A DNA stretch of 64,000 bases from an uncultured delta proteobacterium (GCA_963816145.1 CAWFJP010000030.1:480001-544000); one strand, 5' to 3'. Counted from the first letter of the stretch, positions 1-9,900 are shown. Notes: a model not told the origin generated them from the letters alone. Program-made: numbers and translations.

Positions 1-154
1 GTCGGAGCAAGCCGTTAGCGACCCGCTCGACTTCGCGTTGGAACTCGGCATAGGTCCAGCGTCGGTCTTTAAAAATCAGTGCCAGCTTATCTGCATGAAG
101 CGACACACGGCCGGCAAGCAGTTCAGTCAAGGTTGCGGGATTTGAATGATTCAT
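1..154 (-). CDS. AMP-binding acyl-CoA synthetase/ligase, N-terminus (runs off window)
   Basis: Manual translation from ATG at 154: MNHSNPATLTELLAGRVSLHADKLALIFKDRRWTYAEFQREVERVANGLL, typical ANL-family N-terminus; directly downstream of pcaB. Confidence 0.75.
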   Translation of the reverse strand, partial: MNHSNPATLTELLAGRVSLHADKLALIFKDRRWTYAEFQREVERVANGLLR

Positions 155-156
155 CG

Positions 157-1503
157 TTAAAACAGTTTCTTGGCTTGCTGCAAAACGGCATCAATAAAAT
201 TTGCCGCTTCGCCGAGATAATTTTCGGGCTTAGCCAGCGCTTGCCAGTCGATCGTTCCGGTTGGGATCGAATCGCCAACCAGACGCCGGACAACTTCTGC
301 CAGCGGCTGATTTTCTGCCACGGCGACAGCGCAAGCGTTTTTAACCAACTCTTCCGCTCGCCCGCGCGGCATTACTTGAGACAACGCAAACACCGCCGCT
401 TCGGCAAGAATCACATCGTTGGCGTTCGCTATATTTGCGCTCATCGCGGCAGAGTCGACCTGCAAATTCTCCGCCAGATAGACCGCGTGTTTCAACGCGC
501 CGCCGGTGAGCATAATCATCTGCGGCAACGTTAGCCATTCGACCTGCCAACCATGGGTGGCACGCTCCTGTTCTTGAATCTGCGCGTTGTGCATCGCTGC
601 CAGCAAGCCAGCGTTGGTGCGCGCCGCGGCGAGAATGAGTTCGCTGGTGATCGGATTGGATTTCTGCGGCATGGTGCTGCTGCCGCCGCGCCCTTGCTCG
701 CCCGACTCAGCGATCTCGCCGACTTCGCTTTGCGCCATAAGAATTATGTCCTGCGCCATCTTGCCGAGCGATCCGGTGACCAGACTCAACCAGCCGGCAA
801 ACTCGACGAGACTGTCGCGCTGCGTATGCCATGGCATCATCGGCACGGCTAGTTTCAATTCCTTTGCCAACGCTTGCGTCACTGCCAAACCTCTGTTGCC
901 GAGCGCCGCCAAAGTCCCGGCGGCGCCGCCGAATTGGACCACCAGCAATCGCGGCTCGAGTTCGCGCAAGCGCTCGACATGGCGCAACAACGGCGCCAGC
1001 CAAGCCGCGGCTTTCAAACTAAAAGTAATCGGCAACGCCTGCTGGCTGTGCGTCCGACCGGCGAGCACCGTCGATCGATGGGTTTTCGCCAGCGCGCTCA
1101 ATCCCTTTACAATTGCCGTCAAGCGTCCACGCATCAATTCGATCGCCGAGCGCATTTGCAGCACGCACGCCGTATCCATGATGTCCTGGGTCGTGGCACC
1201 CCAATGAACGAAAGGCGCCGCATCCGCGCTCACTCGCCGGCGCAGTTCCTGCACCAAAGCGATGATCGGAAAACCGGACCGCAACGTTCCCCTTGCGATG
1301 GCAGTAATGTCGATCTCATCAGCCCGTGCCTTCGCGATTTGATCAGCCGCCGTCGCCGGAATTACACCGACGAGCGCCTCCGCGCGAGCGAGTGCGATTT
1401 CTACATCGACGAGCATGCGTAGATACGCGGCGTCTTCGAAGATTCGGTTGACCCGGTCATCACTGAACAGCGGGCCGAAGATGGTTGAGTCGAGTACACT
1501 CAT
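157..1503 (-). CDS. pcaB: 3-carboxy-cis,cis-muconate cycloisomerase
   Basis: Fumarase/lyase motifs HWGATTQD and GSSTMPQKSNP; pca context. Confidence 0.9.
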   Translation of the reverse strand: MSVLDSTIFGPLFSDDRVNRIFEDAAYLRMLVDVEIALARAEALVGVIPATAADQIAKARADEIDITAIARGTLRSGFPIIALVQELRRRVSADAAPFVHWGATTQDIMDTACVLQMRSAIELMRGRLTAIVKGLSALAKTHRSTVLAGRTHSQQALPITFSLKAAAWLAPLLRHVERLRELEPRLLVVQFGGAAGTLAALGNRGLAVTQALAKELKLAVPMMPWHTQRDSLVEFAGWLSLVTGSLGKMAQDIILMAQSEVGEIAESGEQGRGGSSTMPQKSNPITSELILAAARTNAGLLAAMHNAQIQEQERATHGWQVEWLTLPQMIMLTGGALKHAVYLAENLQVDSAAMSANIANANDVILAEAAVFALSQVMPRGRAEELVKNACAVAVAENQPLAEVVRRLVGDSIPTGTIDWQALAKPENYLGEAANFIDAVLQQAKKLF

Positions 1504-1540
1504 GGACCGTAAAAATACACTGCAAAGCGAGACGAATCAT

Positions 1541-1626
1541 ACCCTCTCCCCTTGCGGGAGAGGGCGAGGGTGAGGGGTATCTGATCGAGCACCCTCACCT
1601 CGATCCTCTCCCATCAAGGGAGAGGA
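1541..1626. repeat. Paired CCCTCTCCC..GGGAGAGGG palindromic REP-like repeat
   Basis: ccctctccccttgcgggagagggcgagggtgagggg followed by inverted ccctcacc..cctctccc..gggagagg; related units at ~13194 and ~53250. Confidence 0.8.
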
Positions 1627-1673
1627 ATTTATGACCTTCTGAACGAATTGCCATATGAATTCCAAACTCCCCA

Positions 1674-2246
1674 TCACATATCGAAGAACACAGTCTCGTT
1701 TCCGCCCTGAAGCCGGATGTCGAAACGGTAGACAGTCTTGCCATCCCGCTCGCTCCGCGTCGCGATCAAGCTTTTGCGCCGCGCTTTATTTTTGACCGAC
1801 TGCAACACCGCATCGCTGGCATTCGTTGCTTCGTCGTCGAAGTAAATCCGCGTGTAAGCGTGCACCAGCATGCCGCGGGCGAAGATCACCATGTTGATAT
1901 GCGGCGCTTGCACCGAATCGTCGTTGCCTGGAACCGGACCGGGCTTGATGGTTTCGAAGCTATAAAAACAATTCGCATCGGTGCCGGAACGGCCCCACCC
2001 GGTAAAGGTTGCATCGAGCGGTTTCTCTTGCTTGTCATCCGGGTGGTTGTAGCGGCCGTAGGCATTGGCTTGCCAGATCTCCACCATGACGTCGGGAATC
2101 ACGACGCCGTCGCCGTCAAAGACTTGCCCTTCGATGCGAATGCGCTCGCCTTGGGTCGAGTCGGTCGCCATGACGTTCATCGTTTGGCGCGTCAGGCCAA
2201 TCGCATAGAACGGTCCGACGGTTTGCGAAGGTGTTTGCTTGCTCAT
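1674..2246 (-). CDS. pcaG: Protocatechuate 3,4-dioxygenase alpha subunit
   Basis: TPSQTVGPF, EIWQANAYGRY, QAPHI..IFARG, ETVFFD motifs. Confidence 0.95.
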   Translation of the reverse strand: MSKQTPSQTVGPFYAIGLTRQTMNVMATDSTQGERIRIEGQVFDGDGVVIPDVMVEIWQANAYGRYNHPDDKQEKPLDATFTGWGRSGTDANCFYSFETIKPGPVPGNDDSVQAPHINMVIFARGMLVHAYTRIYFDDEATNASDAVLQSVKNKARRKSLIATRSERDGKTVYRFDIRLQGGNETVFFDM

Positions 2247-2959
2247 TGCGGCCCCTCGAATGGCGTGGATTTTCGGCCGCGCAAGACAATGTCGAAGCGA
2301 TAACCCAAAGCGAACTCCGGCTCGGTGACGTCGTGCGCATAACTCGCCATCAGCCGCTGCCGGCCGCTCTTGGTCGGCACAGAATTAAAAATTGGATCGA
2401 GCGGTATCAACGGATCGCCGGGAAAGAAAAATTGCGTCACCAGCCGAGTGACGAAGCTTGGCCCGAACAGCGACAAATGAATATGCGCCGGCCGCCAGGC
2501 GTTGGGATGATTGAGCCAAGGATAAGCGCCGGGTTTGATCGTGATATAGCGGTACTCACCCCTATCGTTTGTCACGCAGCGCCCGGCGCCGGTGAAGTTG
2601 GGGTCGAGCGGCGCGTTGTGCTGGTCGACCGGATGATGATAACGCCCGGCCGCGTTGGCCTGCCAGATCTCGATCAACGTATTGGGCACCGGCTTGTCGT
2701 CTTCGTCCAACACCCGGCCGACGACGATGATGCGCTCGCCCAGCGCTTCTTTGCCGGTGTCGGCGTTGCGCGTGAGATCGCTCTCGCCCGGTTCCAATTT
2801 GATGTCGCTGAACAACGGCCCGGTGATCTCCGACAGTGTTTGCTTGAGCGGCACCAGCTTCTTGAGCGGCCCGCGCTTCACCGACGAACCATAGGCTTCG
2901 AAACTGTAAGGCGGATGGGAGCGCCAGTCGCGCGGATTATAGGGTTTGATGTTCATCAT
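2243..2959 (-). CDS. pcaH: Protocatechuate 3,4-dioxygenase beta subunit
   Basis: GRYHH, PGAYPW, WRPAHIH iron-ligand motifs; 4-bp overlap with pcaG. Confidence 0.95.
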   Translation of the reverse strand: MMNIKPYNPRDWRSHPPYSFEAYGSSVKRGPLKKLVPLKQTLSEITGPLFSDIKLEPGESDLTRNADTGKEALGERIIVVGRVLDEDDKPVPNTLIEIWQANAAGRYHHPVDQHNAPLDPNFTGAGRCVTNDRGEYRYITIKPGAYPWLNHPNAWRPAHIHLSLFGPSFVTRLVTQFFFPGDPLIPLDPIFNSVPTKSGRQRLMASYAHDVTEPEFALGYRFDIVLRGRKSTPFEGPQ

Positions 2960-2987
2960 AAAAGTCTGCCTCGATCACGAATGATTG

Positions 2988-3261
2988 CACCACGACATGT
3001 CCATGAGCTTACGCTCGTCTACAGAGTATGAAATTGCAGCCCCCCTGCACGCCCCCCCGATTCGTCATGCGGGCGAGGGCCGGCATCCAGGCGACGGAGG
3101 GGGGATGGATACCGGCTTTCGCCGGTATGACGGAAGCCTTATGGCAATTCGTCGCCCAAATCGTGCTTGCGCATGTATTTTCTAAGGAACTCACGAAGGA
3201 CATGAAGGTTTCGGATAATAATTTCTCTGAACTTCGTGTTCTTCGAGTCCTTCGTGGTGAA
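2988..3261 (+). mobile_element. Composite non-autonomous repeat: ~190-bp element containing a CGTC-type REP pair, inserted in a CACCACGAAG..CTTCGTGGTG palindrome
   Basis: Similar inverted copy at 16433-16714 (tgtccatgagcttacgctcgtctacaga..gtcatgc..ggtatgacggaagcct..ctaag). Confidence 0.75.
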
Positions 3262-3266
3262 TAGTC

Positions 3267-3653
3267 TTATTTCCCGTCCGTTTCCATTTCTTTGTACACC
3301 CGCTTGGCCACGGCGAAGGCCGAGTTCGCCGCCGGCGCGCCGGCGTAGACCGCGACTTGCAGCAGCACTTCTTTGACTTCTTCTTTGGTCACGCCGGTGT
3401 TGCGCGTGGCGCGGATATGCGCGCCCAACTCGTCGAGCCGGCCCAACGACGCCAGCATGGCGATGGTCAGCATGCTGCGTGTGCGCTTTTCCAGTCCCGG
3501 CCGCGTCCACACCGCGGCCCAGGCGTGCTCGGTGACGTAGCGCTGCCAGTCCGCATCGAAATCCGTTTTATTCGCTTCCGCGCGCTCAACGTAAGCCTCG
3601 CCCAGCACCGCTTTGCGGGTTGCCATCCCCTTATCGAATAGTTCGTCAGACAA
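3267..3653 (-). CDS. pcaC: 4-carboxymuconolactone decarboxylase
   Basis: GMATRKAVLG..W..VWTRPGL..RSMLTIAML..QVAVYAG; TTG start at 3653 with GGAGG upstream. Confidence 0.9.
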   Translation of the reverse strand: MSDELFDKGMATRKAVLGEAYVERAEANKTDFDADWQRYVTEHAWAAVWTRPGLEKRTRSMLTIAMLASLGRLDELGAHIRATRNTGVTKEEVKEVLLQVAVYAGAPAANSAFAVAKRVYKEMETDGK

Positions 3654-4440
3654 TTTGCACCTCCTGAAGAAACTGCATGATGCGCTCGGCAACAGCATCG
3701 GGCTGCTCAACACATGGCAAGTGCGCCGCCTTCTCAATCAGAGAAAAACGCGCGCCCGGAATCAAACCCGCCAGCTCGCGGCCAAGCCCCGGCGGCGTAG
3801 CAATATCTTCGGCACCGCAGAGGACAAGAGTCGGCTGTCTGATCTGCCGCACGGCCGAGCGGAAATCCGTATCACGCAGCGCCGCGCAGGTGCCAATATA
3901 GCCATCCGCCGAAGTCTGCCGCAGCATCAAAGAATAGCCGCGAATATCGGCCGCGCATTGCTCGCGAAAGCCGGCGGAAAACCAACGCTCCATGGTCATC
4001 TGCACCAGAGAATCGACGCCCTCGGCGCGCACCTTGTCGATGCGCTGCTGCCAAGCTTCGGCGGTCGCGATCTTGGCGCCGGTATCGCTCAGCACCAGCG
4101 CCCGCACCCGAGCAGGGAAATTCAAGGCGACAGCTTGAGCGATCAAACCGCCGACAGATACGCCGCAAAGGATCGCCTGTTGAATGTTGAGACGGTCGAG
4201 AATCGCCACCACATCGCCAGCCAGATCGGCGGCTGAATAGGGCGGCGCCGGCGCCTCGCTCAGACCATGGCCCCGGAGATCGTAGCGAACAACATGATAA
4301 TGCTCGGCCAATCTTCCCGCCACGTCGTCCCAAATGCGCAAATCGCTGCCCAAAGAGTTGGCAAACAGTAACGCCGGATTGCCCGCAGCACCTTCGGCCC
4401 GGTAGTACTGAACGCAATCGCCTGTCTGCAAAAATGCCAT
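3646..4440 (-). CDS. pcaD: 3-oxoadipate enol-lactonase
   Basis: NSLGSD, YDLRGHG, GVSVGG nucleophile elbow; pca context. Confidence 0.9.
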   Translation of the reverse strand: MAFLQTGDCVQYYRAEGAAGNPALLFANSLGSDLRIWDDVAGRLAEHYHVVRYDLRGHGLSEAPAPPYSAADLAGDVVAILDRLNIQQAILCGVSVGGLIAQAVALNFPARVRALVLSDTGAKIATAEAWQQRIDKVRAEGVDSLVQMTMERWFSAGFREQCAADIRGYSLMLRQTSADGYIGTCAALRDTDFRSAVRQIRQPTLVLCGAEDIATPPGLGRELAGLIPGARFSLIEKAAHLPCVEQPDAVAERIMQFLQEVQIV

Positions 4441-4454
4441 GGAGCTTGAAGGTC

Positions 4455-5483
4455 CTATGCTTTAGCTGATTCGGCGGCGCGGACCTGCGGCATTACCGCC
4501 GTCGCCCACTTGCGCATGACTTCGTAGTAAGCTTTCGGCGGCAAGGTAAGCAAGAAGTTTTTGATGCCGCGCCGGGCCAACTCACCGATCCGCTGGGCAC
4601 ATTCCTCAGGCGTGCCGGCGATGGCGAAACGCTGCTGCAAATAATCGGTGATCAAGCCGGGATCGGAGCGCTCGTCGATCTTTTTCGTTACGTCGAAGGC
4701 GCCCATAAACCGTTGCACGCCAGGCCGTTCTTCAGGCGGCACCGTTTCCAAGGTAAAGCGAAAGTTCTGATGCGCCCGGTTGGCCAATCGGCCGCGTGCT
4801 ATTTGGCGCGCTCGATCACCATCGTCGTCGATGCAGGCGATGCCCGCGCCGATGAGTTCGATCTCACTGGGATCGCGTCCGGCCTCGCGCGCTCCCTGGG
4901 CGACTTGTTCCTTGGCCCAATCGACCACTCGCAGATCGAAACCAGAACCCAAAATTACGCCGTCGGCAATCCGGCCCGCGGCGTGCAAGGCCCGCGGCCC
5001 TGCCGCTGCCACCCAAACCGGCACCGGAAAGCGCCCGGCGCGCAGCGGCAGATCTCCGGCCTCTCGCTCCTTGCCCTTGGGAATATGAATCGTCTGTCCA
5101 TTCACCAGTTCGCGAATCACCCGCACGCCGTCGGCAAACCTTGTCAGCGGGACTGCCGTTCGCGCGAGCGTGTAAGTTGTCCCGTCGCCAGTGCCCAAGC
5201 CAAGAATCGCCCGGCCACGGGAAATCTCGTTGAGCGTCGCCGCTTGGTTGGCCAATACCACCGGCTCGCGAAAAGTCAGGGTCATGATCGCCGTACCGAG
5301 TTTGATACGTCCGGTCCGCAGCGCCGCCGCGGTCAAGACTTGAAAGGGATCGAGCCCGCTCATCAGCGACTCGCTCAAAAATATCCCTTCATAGCCAAGC
5401 TCCTCCATCTCGACGGCACGCTCGACTTGAGCTTGATAGCCTCGCTCACCGGCGTTACCGGCCAATGAAAATCGAATCGCCAT
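4455..5483 (-). CDS. LLM-class (luciferase-like, flavin/F420) oxidoreductase
   Basis: IKLGTAI..LNEISRGRAILGLGTG, AAAGPRAL..AGRIADG; start chosen at MAIRF. Confidence 0.85.
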   Translation of the reverse strand: MAIRFSLAGNAGERGYQAQVERAVEMEELGYEGIFLSESLMSGLDPFQVLTAAALRTGRIKLGTAIMTLTFREPVVLANQAATLNEISRGRAILGLGTGDGTTYTLARTAVPLTRFADGVRVIRELVNGQTIHIPKGKEREAGDLPLRAGRFPVPVWVAAAGPRALHAAGRIADGVILGSGFDLRVVDWAKEQVAQGAREAGRDPSEIELIGAGIACIDDDGDRARQIARGRLANRAHQNFRFTLETVPPEERPGVQRFMGAFDVTKKIDERSDPGLITDYLQQRFAIAGTPEECAQRIGELARRGIKNFLLTLPPKAYYEVMRKWATAVMPQVRAAESAKA

Positions 5484-5577
5484 CTCAGTCCGGAAACGTA
5501 TCCGACCCTCCAAGGCAAAGTCAAATTACCGGATAAAATTCTCTTTGACTTCCGCCAAGCAACAACCATAGAATCCG

Positions 5578-5651
5578 ATTGAACCCTTAAACCTTGAATT
5601 CTTGAACGAAAAACCTTTGGAACATCTGGAACCCCTGGAACGATTGGAACC
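5578..5651 (+). repeat. Short tandem (T/C)TGAAC 7-mer and TGGAAC 9-mer repeats
   Basis: ttgaacc cttaaacc ttgaatt cttgaac..tttggaac atctggaac ccctggaac gattggaac. Confidence 0.8.
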
Positions 5652-5672
5652 GTAATGCTTAAGGAGGAAATC

Positions 5673-6299
5673 ATGTCCGAACCCTTAACCCTAGAAGTAT
5701 TTTCCGATTTTGTTTGACCCTGGTGCTACCTCGTCACCGGGCGTGTCGAGAAAATCAAAAACGAATACGGTCTCGGAATCAAATTCACCAACTTCCCGCT
5801 CCATCCGGAGACACCGTTGGAAGGCAGCGTGCGCGGCCCCGAAATCATCGCGCGCAACGGCCGGATGAAAGTGAACATGGAGCGCGAAGGCTTGCCCTTC
5901 AACGCCGAGCGCAACATGTCCTACAACAGCCGCCTCGCCCAAGAACTCGCCAAATGGGCCGAGACCAAGGGCAAGGCAGAAGAAGTCACCAACGCGCTGT
6001 TTCGCGCTTACTTCGTCGACGTCAAGAACATCGGCAAAGCCGAAGTGCTGGCGCAAATCGCGGAGGAAAACGATTTACCGAGAGACGAGGCCACTGATGT
6101 CCTGCTCAGCCGCAAATACAAAGACCCCGTCGACGACGACTGGCGCCGTTGCGCCGCCTTCGGCGTTAACGCCGTGCCGACCTTTCTCGCCGGCAAATAC
6201 TTGATGGTCGGCGCGCAACCCTATGAAGAGTTGAAGCGGCTGGTTGAGCATGTATTGACGGAGAAGGAGCCACAAGAGGACAGCAATCAGCCAAATTGA
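5673..6299 (+). CDS. DsbA/FrnE-family thiol-disulfide oxidoreductase with in-frame TGA (probable selenocysteine, UxxC)
   Basis: AAGGAGG RBS, ATG 5673, MSEPLTLEVFSDFV-TGA(5715)-PWCY..FPLHPETP in frame with the 5817-6299 ORF (GVNAVPTF, GAQPY). Confidence 0.85.
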
Positions 6300-6395
6300 T
6301 TCAACGGTACCTGGTGGCGTTGTTGACAACTGCATGCCCCTTGGCTCCAAGCCGAGGGGTTCTGAATGCGTCGACTAGAAGTCGACTCTTCCTTT

Positions 6396-6549
6396 CGTCA
6401 TTCCGGCGTAGAGCCTGCCCCGGACCTGATCCGGGGCCGGAATCCAGGTCTTCTTTGCCCTGCCAACGAAACCAAAGATGGATGCCGGCCTTCGCCGGCA
6501 TGACAAATCCTCTCTTCTCCTGAAGCCTGCCCTGAGCTACGTCGAAGGG
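6396..6549. repeat. CGTC-type REP pair with nested palindromes
   Basis: cgtcattccggcg..[cctgccccggacctgatccgggg]..gccggaatcc ... ggatgccggccttcgccggcatgac, then agcctgccctgagctacgtcgaaggg. Confidence 0.75.
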
Positions 6550-6580
6550 CGAGGGATTTCAACCAGCCCCGAAAGGGACA

Positions 6581-7529
6581 TTAACGGTTCAACAGCGCCA
6601 CCGCCACCAACCCAACTGCCAATCCAAGTAATTTCTGCCGCGACAGCCGTTCGCGGAAGCAGATAAACCCCAGCACCGTGCTCACCGCCACCACACCAAC
6701 GCTGTAGATGGGGTAAAGCTGCGAGCTCTGCCACCCGCCCAGACCGAGCATGCGCAGCAGCGAGTACATGGCGACATAGTTGATGGCGCCAAGTCCCAAT
6801 CCGGCGGCGAGATGCCGCAATGAAGTCGAGCATGCGCAGCAGCGAGTACATGGCGACATAGTTGATGGCGCCAAGTCCCAATCCGGCGGCGAGATGCCGC
6901 ACATGAAAGTCGGTCATCGAGAGCACTCCCCCGCCGAAACCGATCGCGAGGCTTGAGACGAAGCCAAAGGCGAACGCCGACATGACATAGGCGTGATAGG
7001 TGGAGTCGTCGAGATACTGAGATTGCAGATATTTGAGAATAGTGAAGTAGCAACCGAAAGTGGCGAAAACCAGTAGCGGCAGAACCTGAAACAGTTTCGA
7101 GCGAAGTTCGTCGCTATGCTTCTCCGGCGCGGTGCAAAGAAACAGCGCCACCAACGCAGCCGACAAACCAAGAATCTTCACCGTCGTCAAAGAGTCGCGG
7201 TAAAGCACGAACGCCAACACCGACGGCACCGCCACCGACAGCCGGCTCGCCAACGCCGCGACGGCAACGCCCGCCCGCTGCGCCGTGCGGGCGAGCAAGA
7301 AAAAATTCACTGCTAACAGAATCCCCTGGATCGCCGCCAGGCCGATCCAAGGTTCGCGCGCGATACGGCCAACCGCCAAGGAGTTTCCTAATAAGAGAGT
7401 GCCGATCGCGACGCAAGTCAGATAGTTGATGGGGATCGCCCAGAAAAGATTGACGCGCCAATTGTCGCAAGCGCGGAACAACACCGGGATAACGCCGGAC
7501 GCCAGGATGGCGAGAGCGATATAAACCAT
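6581..7529 (-). pseudogene. EamA/DMT transporter frameshifted by an 82-bp tandem duplication
   Basis: Multi-TM protein; 6745-6819 repeated at 6827-6901; removing 82 bp gives a 288-aa ORF ending ALLNR at 6581. Confidence 0.8.
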
Positions 7530-7535
7530 CCGATG

Positions 7536-8885
7536 TCAGAACGACAACCGGCTCACCCGTTGCATCAGATCGCGATTGGCAAGCTTAGCCTCGGCCAGGA
7601 TCTTGTGGTCGTCGAGCCTCGTGAATTGCCGGTCGCGCATAAGAATTTCGCCATCGACGATCACGGTCTTAACGTCGCTCGCCTTTGCACAGTGGACGAT
7701 TTGGCTGAAGATGTCGTTGACCGGCTGACTGTGCAAGGTGTCGATGTCGACGAGAATCAAATCCGCCCGCTTGCCGACTTCGATGGTGCCGCAAATTGAG
7801 TCCAACCCGAGCGCTTTGGCGCCGCCGATGGTCGCCATCCGCAAGACATCGTTCGGCTTTATGACGCCGGCGTCTCGATGATGAACCTTCTGCAATAGCG
7901 AAGCCGCTTTCATGGTGTCGAAGAGATCCTGCGAATGATTGCTCGCCGCGCCGTCGGTGCCGAGCGCGACGTTGACGCCTTGGCGCAGCATCTCGACCAC
8001 CGGCGCGACGCCGTCGCCGAGCATCATGTTGCTCACCGGGTTATGCGACACCGACGTGCCGGTTTCTTTCAGGATCCGAATTTCATCATTCGAGACATGC
8101 ACCGAATGGGCGAAGATCGAATTGTGCGCTGGAATACCGAATTGCTGTAAAAATTCGACGACCCCGTTTTTGCTATGCTGGTGGCGCACGGCATCGACCA
8201 CCGAGTGTGACTCGGCGACATGGGCGCTAATGCCCAGTGAATTTGCATCGGCAAATCGGCGGACTTCTCGGAGCAATTCTGGCGTCGTATTGATCGGCGG
8301 CGTGTTCGGTCCGGTCATGAAGGTCAGCAGTTGAGAATGCTGATACCGCGCGACCAGCGCTTCGATGAGACGGAACGCCTGTTCGGGCTTCTCCTTGGTG
8401 CACTCCGGCACGATTTCGCCGGCATCCATGATGGTTCGCGCGAACACCGCGCGCAATCCCGCATCCTGCATCGCCCGGATCGCTTCCAATGCGCACTCGG
8501 GACTGGGATTCAGAAAGTTATGCTCACAAACTGTGGTCACGCCGCTCCGAATCGATTCAACACAACCAAGCAAGCTACCGGTGTAAAAATGTGCCGGCGT
8601 GAGCACCCGCGCGCAGCCGTAGATCCGCTTGAGCCACGGCATCAGCTCCAGATCCTCCCAGACCGCGCGCAGCAATACTTGATAGAGATGGGTGTGGGCG
8701 TTAACCAGTCCGGGCATGAGCGCACAGCCCGAAGCGTCGACGACCTGCTCATCGCTCTTTATTTCAGGCGGCGACCCAACGCCGATCTCAGTAATCGCAC
8801 CGGCACCAACGCGCACGTAGCCAGTGATCGTCTTGCGATCGGTCATCGTAATGATGAGCGCATTGGTAACAATCATGCGTCCCAT
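7536..8885 (-). CDS. Amidohydrolase (MTA/SAH deaminase, AtzA/SsnA-like)
   Basis: PGLVNAHTH, HVAES, AHSVH, LGTDG, GKRADLI. Confidence 0.85.
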   Translation of the reverse strand: MGRMIVTNALIITMTDRKTITGYVRVGAGAITEIGVGSPPEIKSDEQVVDASGCALMPGLVNAHTHLYQVLLRAVWEDLELMPWLKRIYGCARVLTPAHFYTGSLLGCVESIRSGVTTVCEHNFLNPSPECALEAIRAMQDAGLRAVFARTIMDAGEIVPECTKEKPEQAFRLIEALVARYQHSQLLTFMTGPNTPPINTTPELLREVRRFADANSLGISAHVAESHSVVDAVRHQHSKNGVVEFLQQFGIPAHNSIFAHSVHVSNDEIRILKETGTSVSHNPVSNMMLGDGVAPVVEMLRQGVNVALGTDGAASNHSQDLFDTMKAASLLQKVHHRDAGVIKPNDVLRMATIGGAKALGLDSICGTIEVGKRADLILVDIDTLHSQPVNDIFSQIVHCAKASDVKTVIVDGEILMRDRQFTRLDDHKILAEAKLANRDLMQRVSRLSF

Positions 8886-8907
8886 TGGTCTGTCCTCTGT
8901 CTCTGTG

Positions 8908-9900
8908 TCACTTCCCCGACAGCCGGTCGACAAAACCGCTCTTGCGAATCTCCTCCATCAACGTCGCGTCGATAAAATCTTCCGCCTTAGCGCCCTTGGC
9001 CTTCGGCGTCGGCAGCGCGTCGATGACATTCTGGATACCGCGCGGCTCCGGGGTGGGGAAATCGCGAAACGATTTCGACAACCGTTCATAGAGCGGCCCG
9101 ATCACCTCGGCGTCGCTGTTGCTCTCGCGCAGCACCGCGCGGGCCACATCGGGTCTGGTTTTGAACGCGTGGATGCCTTCGATCAGCGCCTGCAAGTAAC
9201 GCTTGACCGTTTCCCGCTGGTTCTTGAGCAGAGCGCCGGACACCACCACGCCGTAGTTGGCGAACTCCAGAGGCAGCTCGGTCAAATCGGCCAAGACGCG
9301 GCAACAGCCGGTGGCGACGATCTTGGCCACGCCGGTGGAGCTCACCAGCGCAGCGTCCATATGGCCGGCGATCAGCGCCGCCACCCGCGTCGGCGTGTTG
9401 CCGGATTGAAAGAAGCTGACGTCTTTATCAGGATCGAGCTTCCAATAGCGCAGCGCCACCCGCGTGATGATGTCGGAACCTGAGCCGAAGCGGCTGATGG
9501 TGACCTTTTTGCCTTTGAGCTCGGCCGGAGTCTTGATGTTGTTGCGCACGACGAACATCGGCTCGATTCGATTGATCGGCACCGCGACGACCTTCAAGCT
9601 GTGACCGGCCAAGGCCAGATTGAGCATGGCCGGCGTGTCGAAACCAGCAACGCCAATGTCGCCCGACGACAACGTCTGCGCCATCAGCGAACCGCTCGAT
9701 AGATAGATCGAGCGCACATCGACGCCATGCTTGCGCCATAGGCCGGTGCGGTCAATGACTTTCAACAGGTCGGAGCCGATGCCGGCGCCGCTGTAGCCCA
9801 TATTGAGAAGCGGCAGATTCTGCGCCGCTGCGAGGACGGGAGACAACCAGATTAAAAATATCGCGAGCAACGAGCGCGAGTATCGATTCATCGGATTCAC
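8908..9900 (-). CDS. NMT1/SsuA-like ABC substrate-binding protein
   Basis: Signal peptide; LKGKKVTISRFGSGSD; C-terminal SGFVD. Confidence 0.85.
   Translation of the reverse strand: MNPMNRYSRSLLAIFLIWLSPVLAAAQNLPLLNMGYSGAGIGSDLLKVIDRTGLWRKHGVDVRSIYLSSGSLMAQTLSSGDIGVAGFDTPAMLNLALAGHSLKVVAVPINRIEPMFVVRNNIKTPAELKGKKVTISRFGSGSDIITRVALRYWKLDPDKDVSFFQSGNTPTRVAALIAGHMDAALVSSTGVAKIVATGCCRVLADLTELPLEFANYGVVVSGALLKNQRETVKRYLQALIEGIHAFKTRPDVARAVLRESNSDAEVIGPLYERLSKSFRDFPTPEPRGIQNVIDALPTPKAKGAKAEDFIDATLMEEIRKSGFVDRLSGK

Noticed and set aside
2985-3264. Short ORFs over repeats (also 16475-16705, 6296-6523, 54781-54963)
   Set aside because: Translations of non-coding palindromic elements; their mutual similarity reflects the DNA repeat.
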